From NCBI RefSeq assembly GCF_009914755.1, contig NC_060937.1: 64,000 nucleotides of DNA, one strand, 5' to 3'. The notes beneath the pieces were generated by a model. That model made no database searches. It saw nothing but the letters and a program-made list of their open reading frames with translations, and was not told the origin of the DNA. This document shows positions 13,291 to 25,985 of this stretch, piece after piece. Position 1 is the stretch's first letter; each line of letters opens with the position of its first letter. The stretch is from the human T2T-CHM13v2.0 reference genome, Homo sapiens. The translations under genes and the position numbers were made by a program.

Positions 13291-13369
13291 GAATGGTTCT
13301 GTGGAGTTGAAATACCCCTACCAGTTCCTAATGTAACTCCTTTTCTCTCATTCAAATATTTTTAATTAA

Positions 13370-14250
<881 letters not shown>

Positions 14251-14319
14251 TAGTATAGCTCCTCCTTAATAATAGATTCTTAATAAATATTGCATTGCTC
14301 TTTTCAGCAGTAGTCATTG

Positions 14320-16110
14320 ACTTTCTATAATAGGCCAGATAGACCTGGTCTAGGTATTAGAATACAATAATTTTTAAAAGAGCCCCAATTCCCTTTCTCA
14401 AGTAGTTTATATTCTAGAAGGAGAGGCATACAATAAATAAGATAAATAAAAAAATATGAGGTATATAGATAGTGACTCATATTAAAGATAAACACAAAGG
14501 AAGGGAGTGGGGGAGAGTTGGCATTTTAGGTGAGCTTGTCAGAGAATGCCTCCCTGAGAAGTGAAAGACTGAATATACAGATGGACAATGGTCGGACCAC
14601 ATAAAAAAGTAGAACTCAGGGCCACAAGCTGCAGCAAGCTGCTCAGAAAAACAACCCCAGTATCGACATCTACAATAAACAGCCCAGGAAGCCCACCTGC
14701 AACCTATGAGTCAGACTTATAAGAAGTCAGACTACTATCTTTGATAACAATTCAGGAAGCTGAACAATAACCTCTGTAATAATCATCCCCAAGTGGCTAG
14801 GACTTGATTAATAACTGACAGTTTTCCTGATTTTTGTCCCCCCTTCCAATGTAGGACAAATCAGAGAAAGCCAAATATGCAGCTCTAACCAATCCCATAG
14901 GGAGCCCCACTCCTAGTTAGCCTGCCTACAGCTTCCCCACACCAACAGCCTCCAATCCTGGTGTACAGAAAGCCTTCCCTTTTTTCCACTACTAAGCTTT
15001 CCCACTCCTCTGCATGCCTTTGAGTTCTTGCCAAAATGGAAGAACTCAAAGTTGATGGTGGCTGACCCCATCGCTATAGCAAGCTCTGAGTAAACAGCTG
15101 TGGCCTGTTCTAATTTGGTTGGTCTTTATTCCCATGCGAGGTGACATGTGAATGAAGCCTTGGGGCAAGGACTTGGAGCCATTATGATATCTGGGGAAGA
15201 GCATTGCAGGCAGAGAGAAAGACAAGTGCAATGACTCTGAAGTGGAAATAGTGAGCAGGACAGGCTATTGGACTGGAACAGAGGGAGAGGGAGAGGGTAG
15301 CAGGAGTAGTAGGGGAAAAGGTCAGAAGTGCAATGGGGAGAAAAGAGAGCGGGTCGTGTAGGACCCTCTAGCTCATGGAAAGGGCTTTGGATGTTACTCT
15401 GCGTGAGATCAGAAGCCATCAGAAGATCTTGAGCTAAGGAGTGGTATGATTTAGTTGACCTTTTAATAAGATTGTCCTTGTTGCTGTGTTTTGGACAAAT
15501 GACATAGACAAAAAATGAAAGCATGGAGATAAACTAAGAGGCTGCATGCTTATTCAAGCGAGAGATGATGGTTGCTTGACTAAGGTGGGAGCAGTAGAGC
15601 TGGTAAGAAGTGTTCAGGTTGTGGATACATTTTGAAGACTAAGTTATCAGGATTTGCTGATGGCTTATAATATATGGGGTGTGCAAGAAAGATAGTGTCA
15701 GTCTTAACTACTTTTGACCTGAGCATCTAGAAGAATATGTGTGACTTTTACTGAGATGCAGAGGATTACAGGAGCAAAGGTTGGGGAAAATATCAGGAAC
15801 TTAGCTTTGTAAATGTTAGGGTTTGGGTGTTAATTAGATGTCCAAGTGGAGATGTGAGTAAGTAATTGAACATATCAGTCTGATATTCATGAAGAAGCTT
15901 CCTCCTAAAGATACTAATCTGTGAAGCATCACTATTTAAGTGGTCTTCAGAGCCCTGAGGATGGATCAGGTCAACAATGCAATGAGTGTGGATAGAAAAG
16001 AAAACAAGGCCAAAGACCGAGCCTGGGAGCACTCCTGTATTTAGAGGTCAGAGAGATGGGGCTGAACCAGCAAAGGAGACTGAAAAGGAATGACTAGGGT
16101 GGTAAGAGGA
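14320..16110 (-). mobile_element. L2a (long fragment) interrupted by LTR at ~14560-15134
   Basis: 'gatatctggggaagagcattgcaggcagag', 'gagagatgatggttgcttgactaagg', 'ggatacattttgaag', 'gaaccagcaaaggagactga' in L2a order. Confidence 0.85.
14560..15134 (+). mobile_element. ERVL-class solo LTR (MER77/MER68-like)
   Basis: 'aatatacagatggacaatggtcggacca', 'cagagaaagccaaatatgc..ctaaccaatc', 'gctatagcaagctctgagtaaacagc'. Confidence 0.7.
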
Positions 16111-16381
16111 ACATTATGTTCATTCAACAGTGGTTCAGGAAAGGCACTTGCACTCTACTTACAGAAAAAGCAATGGGCCATTTCCTTATTGTAGCACAGC
16201 CTCCACAGTCTACCATAGGAAGAAAGACGATGTCTGTCTGTGGGCTAAGTGAGTCCATTGGAGTCCATGAGGATATCAGTGGCATCATTTATCATGGCAC
16301 AGGCAGAATCAGAATTTATAAAGGATAAAGAAAAATGTGTGCTTATTTTATAAAAATGTATTTGCTGACTTCCTACAATAG

Positions 16382-16804
16382 TGCTATGGTTTGAATGTGT
16401 CCTCTTCAAAATTCATGCTGAAACTTAATCCCCACTGTGGTGGTATTAAGAGATGAGGCCATTTGGGAGGTGATTAAGTCATGAGGCATCTGCCCTCATG
16501 AATGGATTAGTGCATTATAAAAAGGCTGGAGGGAACTAGTGTAGGACCTTCTTTGCTCTCCTGCTGTTCCTTCATGTGAGGATACAACATTCTCCCACCT
16601 TTGCTGTTTTACCTTCCACCAGGCGAGGACACAGTGTTCAGGTGCCATCTTGGAAGCAGAGACTGGACCCTCGCCAGACACAAAACCCACTGGCACCTTG
16701 ATCTTGGATTTCCCAGCCTCTGGAACTGTGAGAATAAATTTCTGTTCTTTATAAATTACCTAGTTTCTGATAGTTTGTTAAAACAGTACAAATGGACTAA
16801 GACA
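16382..16804 (+). mobile_element. MSTB-type MaLR solo LTR
   Basis: tgctatggtttgaatgtgtcc...aatggactaagaca with perfect 5-bp TSD AATAG. Confidence 0.9.
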
Positions 16805-17949
16805 AATAGAGAAAGAAGGCATAAGTTTGTGTGTTTCTACTTTGAGTGATTTTGGTCACAGGTCTACCGCCAGAGAGTCCCTCCAGATACAGGGACTCCC
16901 CACATAATGGGGTCTTCCACTCCAGCACAGCTCACGCAACCAAGGCGCAGTCCTGGGGGATGATTTCAGGGCAGGGCTATTTCCAGGCTGCCTGCTCCCT
17001 CACCAGTTCCTCTCAGAACACCCTGATGGCATCAACACCTGAAATTTTTCAGCTATTACTTCAAACTGCCTCAATGTACCAAAAACCATGATGCTAAGCC
17101 ATATCAAGGGGGATAAAAGAGTTTTCCCCTCAACTAAATCAAAAGGGAAAACAAAACAAAACAAAAGCTGATGAAATCACAACTTACAATAGTAGAATCA
17201 GAAAAGCTGGTCATAAAGCACACGGTGAATTCAAAGCACTTTGGCCGAAGGCAGACTGTATATCTCTCCGGCAGGAACTCATGCTGCACAGCTGTTTTGT
17301 CTCTGGCAGTGTCAAATCCTATACCTGCTGGAAGCAACAGGGAACCCAAGTTCAGGAGCACAGTTTTTTTCTTACTCAGTATATAAGGAAGAGCTTGGGA
17401 AGACTACAGAATATTTGCTGCCATGTATTTGCATCGAAATCCTTTTAAACCAACTGCAAGAGGAAACAGAAATATTCCAGAATCTGAAAGAACAAAGAGT
17501 GTAGTCTTCTAGAGAAATAATGTTATTTGCATGAATATATAAACCCTGTAGTAAATTATATGTTCAAGCCTCTATGGAAAATTCCTGAGCAAATAGACAG
17601 AAGCAAAATAGGAAGTAAAATGCTTCAATTTTACCCTTTCTTTAAAGCACATTTTAATTCCTTAGACATTGGGACAAATTTCAGAAGTCTTCTTGAAGAA
17701 GCAATATAGTACCCCCTGAGGTCGTCTTCCTGGGATCAGATGCTGGGTGAATTCACTGATCTCAGTTCACCGGGGGCTGGCAGCATCATTCCCATTTCTC
17801 TTACAGTTGGTAAAGGCATCCATCTGCCACTATAGCCTGTGTTTTCATGGTCTTTTTGAGACTGAGGCATCATCCTCATTTTTTAATAGATATTTTTGAA
17901 ACTAAAGGAAAGGGTTCCTTAAGGATAAATAGCTCAGTCCTATTTCTCT

Positions 17950-18130
17950 AGAAATTTTACTTAATAGCTGTGTGATTTTATGTAAAGCATAACCCCTCTC
18001 TTGGCCCCAATTTCCTCAACTATAAAATGGCAATAACTATCTATGTTGTAAGAAAACAATATAAATAATCTAGCATGTGAAAGAACTGAGCACAGTATCT
18101 GGAATATACAGATACTTAGTAAATCTTTGC
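17950..18130 (+). mobile_element. MIR
   Basis: 'agctgtgtgatttta...ccccaatttcctcaactataaaatgg...agcacagtatctgg'. Confidence 0.75.
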
Positions 18131-18789
18131 TCTGTAAAGGAATAAAAAGGCCTGAATATTTAAAAGAGACCGATCATATTCCTGAGGAATACTTGTGATC
18201 TAGCAATACAAATATCTGATGGGAACGCTATTTCAAAATGAGAGCAATGGTATCTTGAAATCAAAATCCAGAACAAAATGTTCCACAGATAATTAATGCA
18301 TTTTAATATTTACAAAAGACAGACACCAAGTTTCATTACTTCTGTTTTCAGGATTTAGGAGATGTGCAAATTTTGTAATTTATCATTCAATTTCAAGACC
18401 AACCTAACCCTTCCTTCCTCCCGTGCTCTCTCTTCTGAGACTCTGACATCCCTAGGACTCAGATGACCAGAACTGGTTATTTTTATGGCATCAATTTTCA
18501 ATAACAATTATGCAACTCATATTTAGTTTTAATTATTATTTTAAAATTAGATTTATAGAACATAAAATACTGAATGGTATGCATTTTCAATGAACCTTTG
18601 AACTCTTGAGGAACTTTTGTAAAGAAGTTAACAAGGCCTGTTGGACTAAAAGTTGTCACCAAATGAAACTATGCTGAAAATGTGTTTGTGTGTTATTGTC
18701 TGTGTTTATTTGTAGGGAAATGGACCCACTAATCTTGCCATCTCACTCAACTAAATCAGTATTTCCACTTTCTGTGATTCATTCAGTAG

Positions 18790-18920
18790 TACTAATAGTT
18801 GCCCTTTGCAGAACAATTATTATATTCCAGGCTTTATATAACTTATCTCATTTGATCTTCACCACAAACTGTGAATACTTTTATTATCCCCATTTGACAG
18901 ATGAACCAAGTTTCATAACT
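18790..18920 (-). mobile_element. MIR
   Basis: 'tctcatttgatcttcaccacaaactgtga...attatccccatttgacagatgaa'. Confidence 0.7.
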
Positions 18921-19070
18921 TGAGGCTCCTGAGATCAGTTCAAGTAGGAAAGTGGGGAGATGTGGCATATTAATAAGGAATCGGGTGGGATAAGCATAAA
19001 CTAGTTAATATTTGGGCACGATCTTATTTTTTCCTAAGTATAAATTATAGATTGTTTCTGAAGAAAAAAG

Positions 19071-19394
19071 GTTTTTTTTTGTTTTTTTTTTGTTTGTTTG
19101 TTTGTTTTTTTTTGAGACAGAGTCTCGCTCTGTCACCCAGGCTGGAGTGCAGTGGTGCAATCTCCACTCACTGAAAGCTCCGCCTCCTGGGTTCACGCCA
19201 TTCTCCTGCCTCAGCCTCCTGAGTAGCTAGAACTACAGGCGCCCACCACCACACCCGGCTAATTTTTTGTATTTTTAGTAGAGATGGGGTTTCACCATGT
19301 TAGCCAGGATGGTCTCGATCTCCTGATCTCATGATCCGCCCGCCTTGGCCTCCCAAGGTGCTGGGATTACAGGCGTGAGCCACCGTGCCCAGCC
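19071..19394 (-). mobile_element. AluY
   Basis: Full length; 'gctccgcctcctgggttcacgccattctcc', 'ttagccaggatggtctcgatctcc'; TSD AAGAAAAAAG (19061-19070 / 19395-19404). Confidence 0.95.
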
Positions 19395-19489
19395 AAGAAA
19401 AAAGTTTTGATAAAAAGTACATAAAAAGTTAGAGTTTGGGAGTTCTGATTTTATCCATGAAAGATTAAGTGCTCTGAGATTTGCCTTCC

Positions 19490-21005
19490 ACCATATCCAA
19501 CTAGAAAACCAAACAAAATATAGAGCATAACAACTTTCAAACATTGAACAAGAGGTAGGACCATGACTCCAAGAGAAGGGAAGTAAATGTACTGAGTCCT
19601 GTAATTGTCCAGGTTCGAAGGCAGTTTCGATGCATAGCACAGGGTAGGAACCCAAGCAAAGCCCAGTGGTCTTACAGAGTCGAGGAGGTGGACTTCAGAA
19701 TCCAGGCAGTTAGAACTTTCAGTATTTACAGAATCCTAGAGCAGAGAAAGCTACACACACACATATACACAGAGAAAGAGAGAGGACATGCTCTGGAAAT
19801 CTTCAGAGTTCTCTGAAATCTTTGGCTTTTTAGATCAAGTTTAGCCTAAAGCTGCCTCCTTACATATTTTAAGTTTAGCTTAAAGGTTTCTCTGTACACT
19901 GTGAACTATCACAAGTGGAAGTGTAAACAGACTGTACCCTACACTTGTGCCAATCACCAAGTTTTGGCCAATCAAATGTAGCTAACTGTTCAAATCATGT
20001 TCAACTAAGGCAAATGTGGAGCTGTAGCCAATCCGGCTTTTTCTGTCCCTCACTTCCATTTTCTGTATGTTTCCTTTTTCTGTCCATAAATCTTTCACCA
20101 TGTGGCTGCACTGGAGTCTCTGAGCCTGCTGTGGCTCAGGAGGCTGCCCGATTCACGAATCATTCATTGCTCAATTAAACCATTTTAAATTTAATTCGGC
20201 CGAAGTTTTTCCTTTATCAGGCTAAATATCAAGTACAGGTACAGGGCTCTGTGAGGCTGAATATCAAGTACAAGTACAGGTATAGGACTCTGTGAGGCTG
20301 GGAGACAGAATAATTCCTAGAATTCACACAGGATTCACAATATACAGAGCATCAGGTAGACTACTCAGGAAGATGTTGCCTGAATAATTGGGCTAAATTA
20401 GCCCCAAACAAAAGGCTACTCTAGACCTGCCCTACTAAGGCTTAAAAGAAAATGCTGAAAGAATCAAACTTGATCCCGGGTAAATTAGCTGTATGCCAAA
20501 GTCCAACAATATTAAATGTACAAGATTTACCACTTAATAAAGATTACCAGGAATGTAAAGAAGTAGGAAAATATGATTTGTAATTGGAAAAAAAGTTCAT
20601 TCAAAAGAAGCAAACCTGGAAATTTCATATATGATATTATTAGCACATAAGGATTTAAAAATAGCTACTATAAATATGCTGCATATATTCAAGGTATAGG
20701 GAAAAAGACAAACATGTTGAGAGGATAAATGGAATATGTATATTTTTAAAGATTCAAATAGGACTTCAAAATATTAAAAAAGTATCTGAAAAGAAAATTT
20801 GATGGGATTCTTGCAGATTAAACACTGCAGAAGAAAAGATCAGTGAATTTGAATACATAACAATAGAAGCTACAGAAAATTAAACACAGAGATGAAAGAC
20901 TGGAAAAAACAGAACCGAACATTAGTGATTCTTTGGGACCACATCACGTGGACTAACATGAAAACAACTGAGCTCCAGAAGTGGGGTGGATAGAAGTGTC
21001 TGAAG
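19490..21005 (+). mobile_element. Old L1M 5'/ORF1 region interrupted by MER57 LTR
   Basis: 'gcagattaaacactgcagaagaaaagatcagtgaatttgaa...aatagaagcta' is the L1 ORF1 coiled-coil region; left boundary approximate. Confidence 0.7.
19828..20219 (+). mobile_element. MER57A/B-type ERV1 solo LTR
   Basis: 'aagtttagcctaaagctgcctccttacatattttaag', tandem CCAAT boxes; 4-bp TSD GGCT (19824-19827 / 20220-20223). Confidence 0.88.
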
Positions 21006-21014
21006 AATAAGATG

Positions 21015-21470
21015 CGGAGGGGATTTATTGGCCTGTGAAACTAGAAGGTGGACCTACGTGTAAGTGCTCAAAAGATGTCAGGAACATCCCTGTTTCTTCT
21101 CTCATTTCTGTTTTCTCCTGAATTTTAGCTTCACTGTGCAGGGAAGCTTTCTCCATGAGAGAGGAATGTCATTTAACAATAACATCTTCACAGCCCCCAG
21201 TTTAGAGATCCTAAGAGAAGAGGACAGCTCCTCCCTGCCTGTGAATCAGTCAATGCAGGGAAGGGCTCCAGCTGGCCCAGGTTGAGTCATGTGTTTACCT
21301 GGAGCCGTTCTTTATATCAGAGGGGTGAAGAATTCTGACTGCTCTAAGCTGAATCAGATATCATACCATGTGGGACTCACAGCCTCCACAACCAGATGGA
21401 ATGGAAAGAGGAAAATTCTCCAAAGGAGATGAGGGCACCAGGGGAATAAAGATAACAGGTGGCCCAAATA
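21015..21470 (-). mobile_element. Old MLT1 (MLT1J/K-like) LTR
   Basis: 'atttattggc', 'tgctcaaaagatgtc', 'ctggcccaggttgagtcatgtg' MLT1K-like blocks. Confidence 0.5.
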
Positions 21471-21599
21471 CCATCCTTCAGATTCAGCTCATCCAAGGGC
21501 TTTTTGTGCAAACTGTTTCTCCTGAAATACTCAACCTTGCATTTGCTGATTCATTTCCATTGTGTCATCCGTGTGTCATTGTGTTGAGTCTGTCATTTA

Positions 21600-21750
21600 G
21601 CTCTCCGTCTGGCTCATATGAATTTTTCTCTCCAGCTAGATAGTAAGGCCTTGAAAAGCATGACCATGTCTTATACATTCCTTAATCTCTCCCAGTGACT
21701 GGCAGAGTGTCTCTCATTTAGTAGCAGAATAAATGTTTGTTTTGGTGAAT
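21600..21750 (+). mobile_element. L2 3' end
   Basis: 'ctagatagtaaggccttgaaaagcatgaccatgtctt...aataaatgtttgt'. Confidence 0.65.
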
Positions 21751-22790
21751 CTGTTACAGAGACTAGTCAAATACTCCCATTAAGCTGAGGAGAAGTTAGA
21801 TTGAGTAAATACCCTCAGCCTGTGTCATCATGAAAGAAGACTAAAGTGTTCATAAAAAGCTAATTGGTAAGCAGTTTGCAAATGAAAAACTGGTTTCTTT
21901 TTTTTTTTTTTTTTTAACTCTTCTCTTATTAGGATCCCCAAAGCTGTGATGACAATGCCAGGAGCAAAGAAGTAGCTTTTTTAAATTTCTTGATGCCCAG
22001 ACCATTTGGGCTCAGGCAGAGTGTGTGTGTGCCCACATGATAGGATTCGATGGGTACTTGAAATCCTTCTTGCCCTAAATATCCTTCCTTGCATCCTGAA
22101 AAATCCTTCAATTCAAAGTCAATTATTTTTGATTAAGATGCTGTACTTCTTAAAGAACCCTTTAAAATACAAATACCCGAGTAAAGCAGATACTATGATC
22201 CATTAACCTTTTTGCCTAAATTTATTTCTCCAAGTGGCTTTAATCACTTAACAGAGCCCTGAAAGAAGGGGCAGAAGGACACAGACATTGCTTGGCCAAT
22301 GGGGAGGTGTGCATGTGGATGTTGGGCTCCTTTGGGGAGGCACATGGCAAACCCAGTGCTTCAGGCACATTATGCAGCAGGAAGAATGTGCATATTAGAC
22401 ATCTGGGGGCATGTATTTAAAAGGGACATTAAAAAGTAAACAGGTGAAGTGCTCTTCTCACCACTCTTGTGTAGAAAAAGACCCTTATTCTTTTAGTATA
22501 GCTATGATGGCAAAAGCTAAAACAAACCAATAGAAAGAACAGGGACAAATTTGGGTTGATTCCCTTATTCTAAGACAATTGCCATGTGGTCACAGATTGG
22601 CAGAGCCCATATGGATCGTCCGGTAGAGGTCTGAGGGCCACATCTCTTTGACCTCCACTTGTCTTGGCTACTTGACCCAGAACCATCAGGGTTCAGCCCT
22701 GGGCACTCTCTTCCTACTTACTTCTGTCAATTTCATTCTTTGTGGCCTTTAGAGGCTGGAGGCAGAGTTTCATTTTTCCTGACTAGGATA

Positions 22791-22953
22791 CTGTATTTAT
22801 TCAATCGCCCCTGTTTAGAGAAAAAGAGTGGGAAAGAAATACTACAATATAGATTGCAAGAGATCAGTTGGCAATATCAATTGTAAGATCTACCCTCAAT
22901 TTCAGAGTTTTAAAATGGAAAATAATGTGCATCTCAGCGTTAAGGAAACACAG
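22791..22953 (-). mobile_element. MER104-like (TcMar-Tc2) MITE
   Basis: TA flanks, TIR-like ctgtattt...aaacacag; 'attgtaagat..accctcaatttcagagttttaaaatggaaaataatgtgcatct'. Confidence 0.6.
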
Positions 22954-24769
22954 TAATAAGTTGAACAGTAGAAGGAAGCGGGTTGGTAGCTATTACTGGG
23001 TAGATGAAATCTTTTGGAATTAGGAGGTTTCACATCATCACAGAGAAGACAGGCATAGAAAAGCTCTCCTACCTCCCAGGTATAGCAGCCAGATTTCTCA
23101 AGGAAGGTTCACAAAAGAAAAGCCCCTACACAACTGTGCCTGGGTGACATCAGATTTCTGGAATGCAGAGGCTCATGCTTTTAGGGGCTAGTGCAAAGCC
23201 TCCAAATCAAAGCCTGAATTAGGAAGCTTCAAAGCTGGGAGCCCAACATCACCACTAACTACCCAAGAGGAGAGGCAGAGAGACCCCTCCTCTTCCAGGA
23301 CACACAGGCCCGCTCGGCTTGGCAGCATCTCACCTCCTCTAGGCTGGCTCCCTGACAGTCCATGAATATTCAGTTGGTGTTACTAAGTGATTCCATTCCA
23401 TCTTAATCATCTATTTGGGGACACTGCATACTGCATTGGTCATGATTTCTATGGTGTTTTTTGCTCTCATTTGTAAATAGCTTTCAGAAACCTGAAATGA
23501 AATTGCATTTACTTTTCATTTTCCTCCTTCAGTCTGAGTCAGCTTGACTTGGAATCAGCAGTACCTTCTGGCCCTTTTAAGCAACCTTATTTCCACGATG
23601 GAGAAAAATGATCATTCTGCAGGATACTGTGCAACGTAAGGGGACTGCACGGGAAGGCAAGAGTGAGGCCACTGTCCCCACACTACTCAAATGAGCTCAT
23701 TTCCGCCATTCCTTTCAGCTAAGAAAATGTGCACCAGCTCAGTTGCCTCAGATTAAAATGCATAAGTATAATTTCCTTGCACATATTTTAATCTGATTAG
23801 CATTCAGCCTATGGAAGTCCCCATTCCTTCCCCTGCTCTCTAATAGCTTCCCTTTCTAAATTGTGTCCTCTCTTGTAGAACTCAGGTGCTCATATTAGCC
23901 TTGCACAATTTTAGCTGAGAACAGAGGGAAGGAAATCACCAGGGTAACATTGGCCGCCCACACTGCAGTTTGTGTGTGTTTTAAGAGAAATAAGAAGCAG
24001 ATAGACTGTTCCTCCTTAATGTCTGTAATAGGCTAAAATTTCCCAAGATTCTGTGTTTTTCTTAAGCAAATATGAAATTTAACCGGAGCCACAAAGGAGG
24101 GGGGCGTTATTTGGTTGTGAATGACCTAGGAGGAACAGACTGCAAAGCAGTATTACCCAAGGGGAGCAGTGCAAAGTCAACACAAATGCTTTCTTTCATG
24201 TGGCCCTGGGTATATCTGAATGTAAAGTTTAGGCAGAGTTTTTTTTGTTTTTTTTTTTTTTGTTCTGAACAGAGGCATATTAGGAATGTTTAAAATATCT
24301 CTATTTCAGATATTTGACCCCAAGTCTTCTGTTTAGTTATATATGGAAACAGAGCTCACCTGAGATATAAAAAGAAGCGGTTGTTGCTGCTCTGGTTTCC
24401 TGTGGGGACACAACTACTCCTTGGCTCCTGCCCCACCCCCACTCAGGTTCTCAGCATCTTTGTTCTGTCTCGATCTGCCTTAGGTCCAGTGTGTCCTAAA
24501 GCTCATGTCCCCGCCTTTCCCTTCTCCCACCACACTTCTGTCCAGGTGGACCCATTCAATGGATGTCCCATTCTTTCAGTGCCTTGCTCTCTCCTTTTTA
24601 AGCAGCCAAAGGTAACAACCTTCCCCCCAGGTAACCTTCCGAGGATGGGTTTTATTAACTCAGAGAAGGAAGTAATGCCATCATTGAGCTTAAAAAAGCT
24701 CTTAGGAATTTACATGCTTGTCATTGGAAAGAAGGCAGAACATTAAGGAGACCGAGGATAGAATCCTGA

Positions 24770-24900
24770 TATGGCCAACTCACTATGTAAGTCTGAACAA
24801 GTGAATTAATCTATCTGAGCCTCAGTTTATTTATCTTCATAATGTGATTATTAATTTTCATTTCATAGGATGTTGTAAAAGTTAAATTAGATGCTTTTTA
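24770..24900 (+). mobile_element. MIR
   Basis: 'gaacaagtgaattaatctatctgagcctcagttt'. Confidence 0.7.
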
Positions 24901-25089
24901 CAAATATTCTATTTGCAGGACGTGGTATAAACATACCTACATTACATCAACATTGGAGGCATGCTATTTATCTGGTTTCCTGACTTGATACCAGTTTTAT
25001 TTGCCTACAGAATTATTTTGAGTGCCTTTATAGGTTGGAAATGCTTTTAAAATGATAAAATATCATTAAACTATGAAACAACACAACAT

Positions 25090-25155
25090 TCTCCTCCTCT
25101 TCTTCTTCTTCCTGTCCTTTCCCTTCTCTTTTTCCTTCTTCTTCTCTTCCTCCTC
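25090..25155. repeat. CT-rich low-complexity (TTC/TCC) tract
   Basis: Direct reading. Confidence 0.9.
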
Positions 25156-25199
25156 CTCCTTCTTCTCTCCTTCTTGATTAATTATCAAGACAAATATCT

Positions 25200-25560
25200 A
25201 AAAGTCAGTTGTGAATCCTCTCTACCTTTTATCCCCAGCATCCAGTCCATCAGCAAGTCCCACTGACTCTAATCCATGATATACTTCCTATACATCTCCA
25301 CTGCCATCACCCCGGTCTTAGCCACCACCTCAACAGCCCTCTGCAGGCCTCTCTACAGGCACTCTAGACCAGCACTGCTGTGCAGCCACTATTTGGTGAG
25401 GATCCTTTTACTCACAGACAAACACATTCCTCACTGATCCACCCTTTCTAGAATATAGATGGCATCTTATCTGCCTTGCTCACCACCACACCTTCAGGAC
25501 TGAGAACAGTACAAACATACAGAAGGGCTCAACAAAGACTTTATGAATAAATTGTATTTA
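25200..25560 (+). mobile_element. L2 fragments
   Basis: 'catccagtccatcagcaagtcc', 'tctccactgccatcacccc', end 'gggctcaacaaagactttatgaataaat'. Confidence 0.6.
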
Positions 25561-25902
25561 TTAATGTGCTCTAAGCACAATCCTATGGGGCAGGTATTAT
25601 TAGTGCGCTTTACAAATAAGAAATCTGAGCAGTCTTTGTTTAAAGGATTGGTCTTTTCATAAGAGACGAGGGATCAGTTAGATCTAGTATATTTTAAAGG
25701 GATTTTATGGAAGCTGAACTACACATAAAAAGGACAATCAATGAAACAGGTAGTGCCTTCTTCTGCATTTTAGGGTGAATCTGGCATTCCCAAACTTCTC
25801 TTTTTTCGTATTTCATTGCACACGGTTACTGGATCTTTTCCTAAACATTTTTTTAAATCTTACTTTTCCTCTACTATCAGTGGGCAATGGCTGAGGTTTT
25901 TC

Positions 25903-25907
<5 letters not shown>

Positions 25908-25935
<28 letters not shown>

Positions 25936-25985
25936 GAGACGGAGTCTCGCTCTGTCACCCAGGCTGCAGTGCAGTGGTGCAATCT
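25908..25985 (-). mobile_element. Severely 5'-truncated Alu (tail plus ~50 nt of right monomer)
   Basis: 'gagacggagtctcgctctgtcacccaggctgcagtgcagtggtgcaatct' flanked by a near-TSD ctgaggtttttcttttc / ctaaggtttttattttc. Confidence 0.88.
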
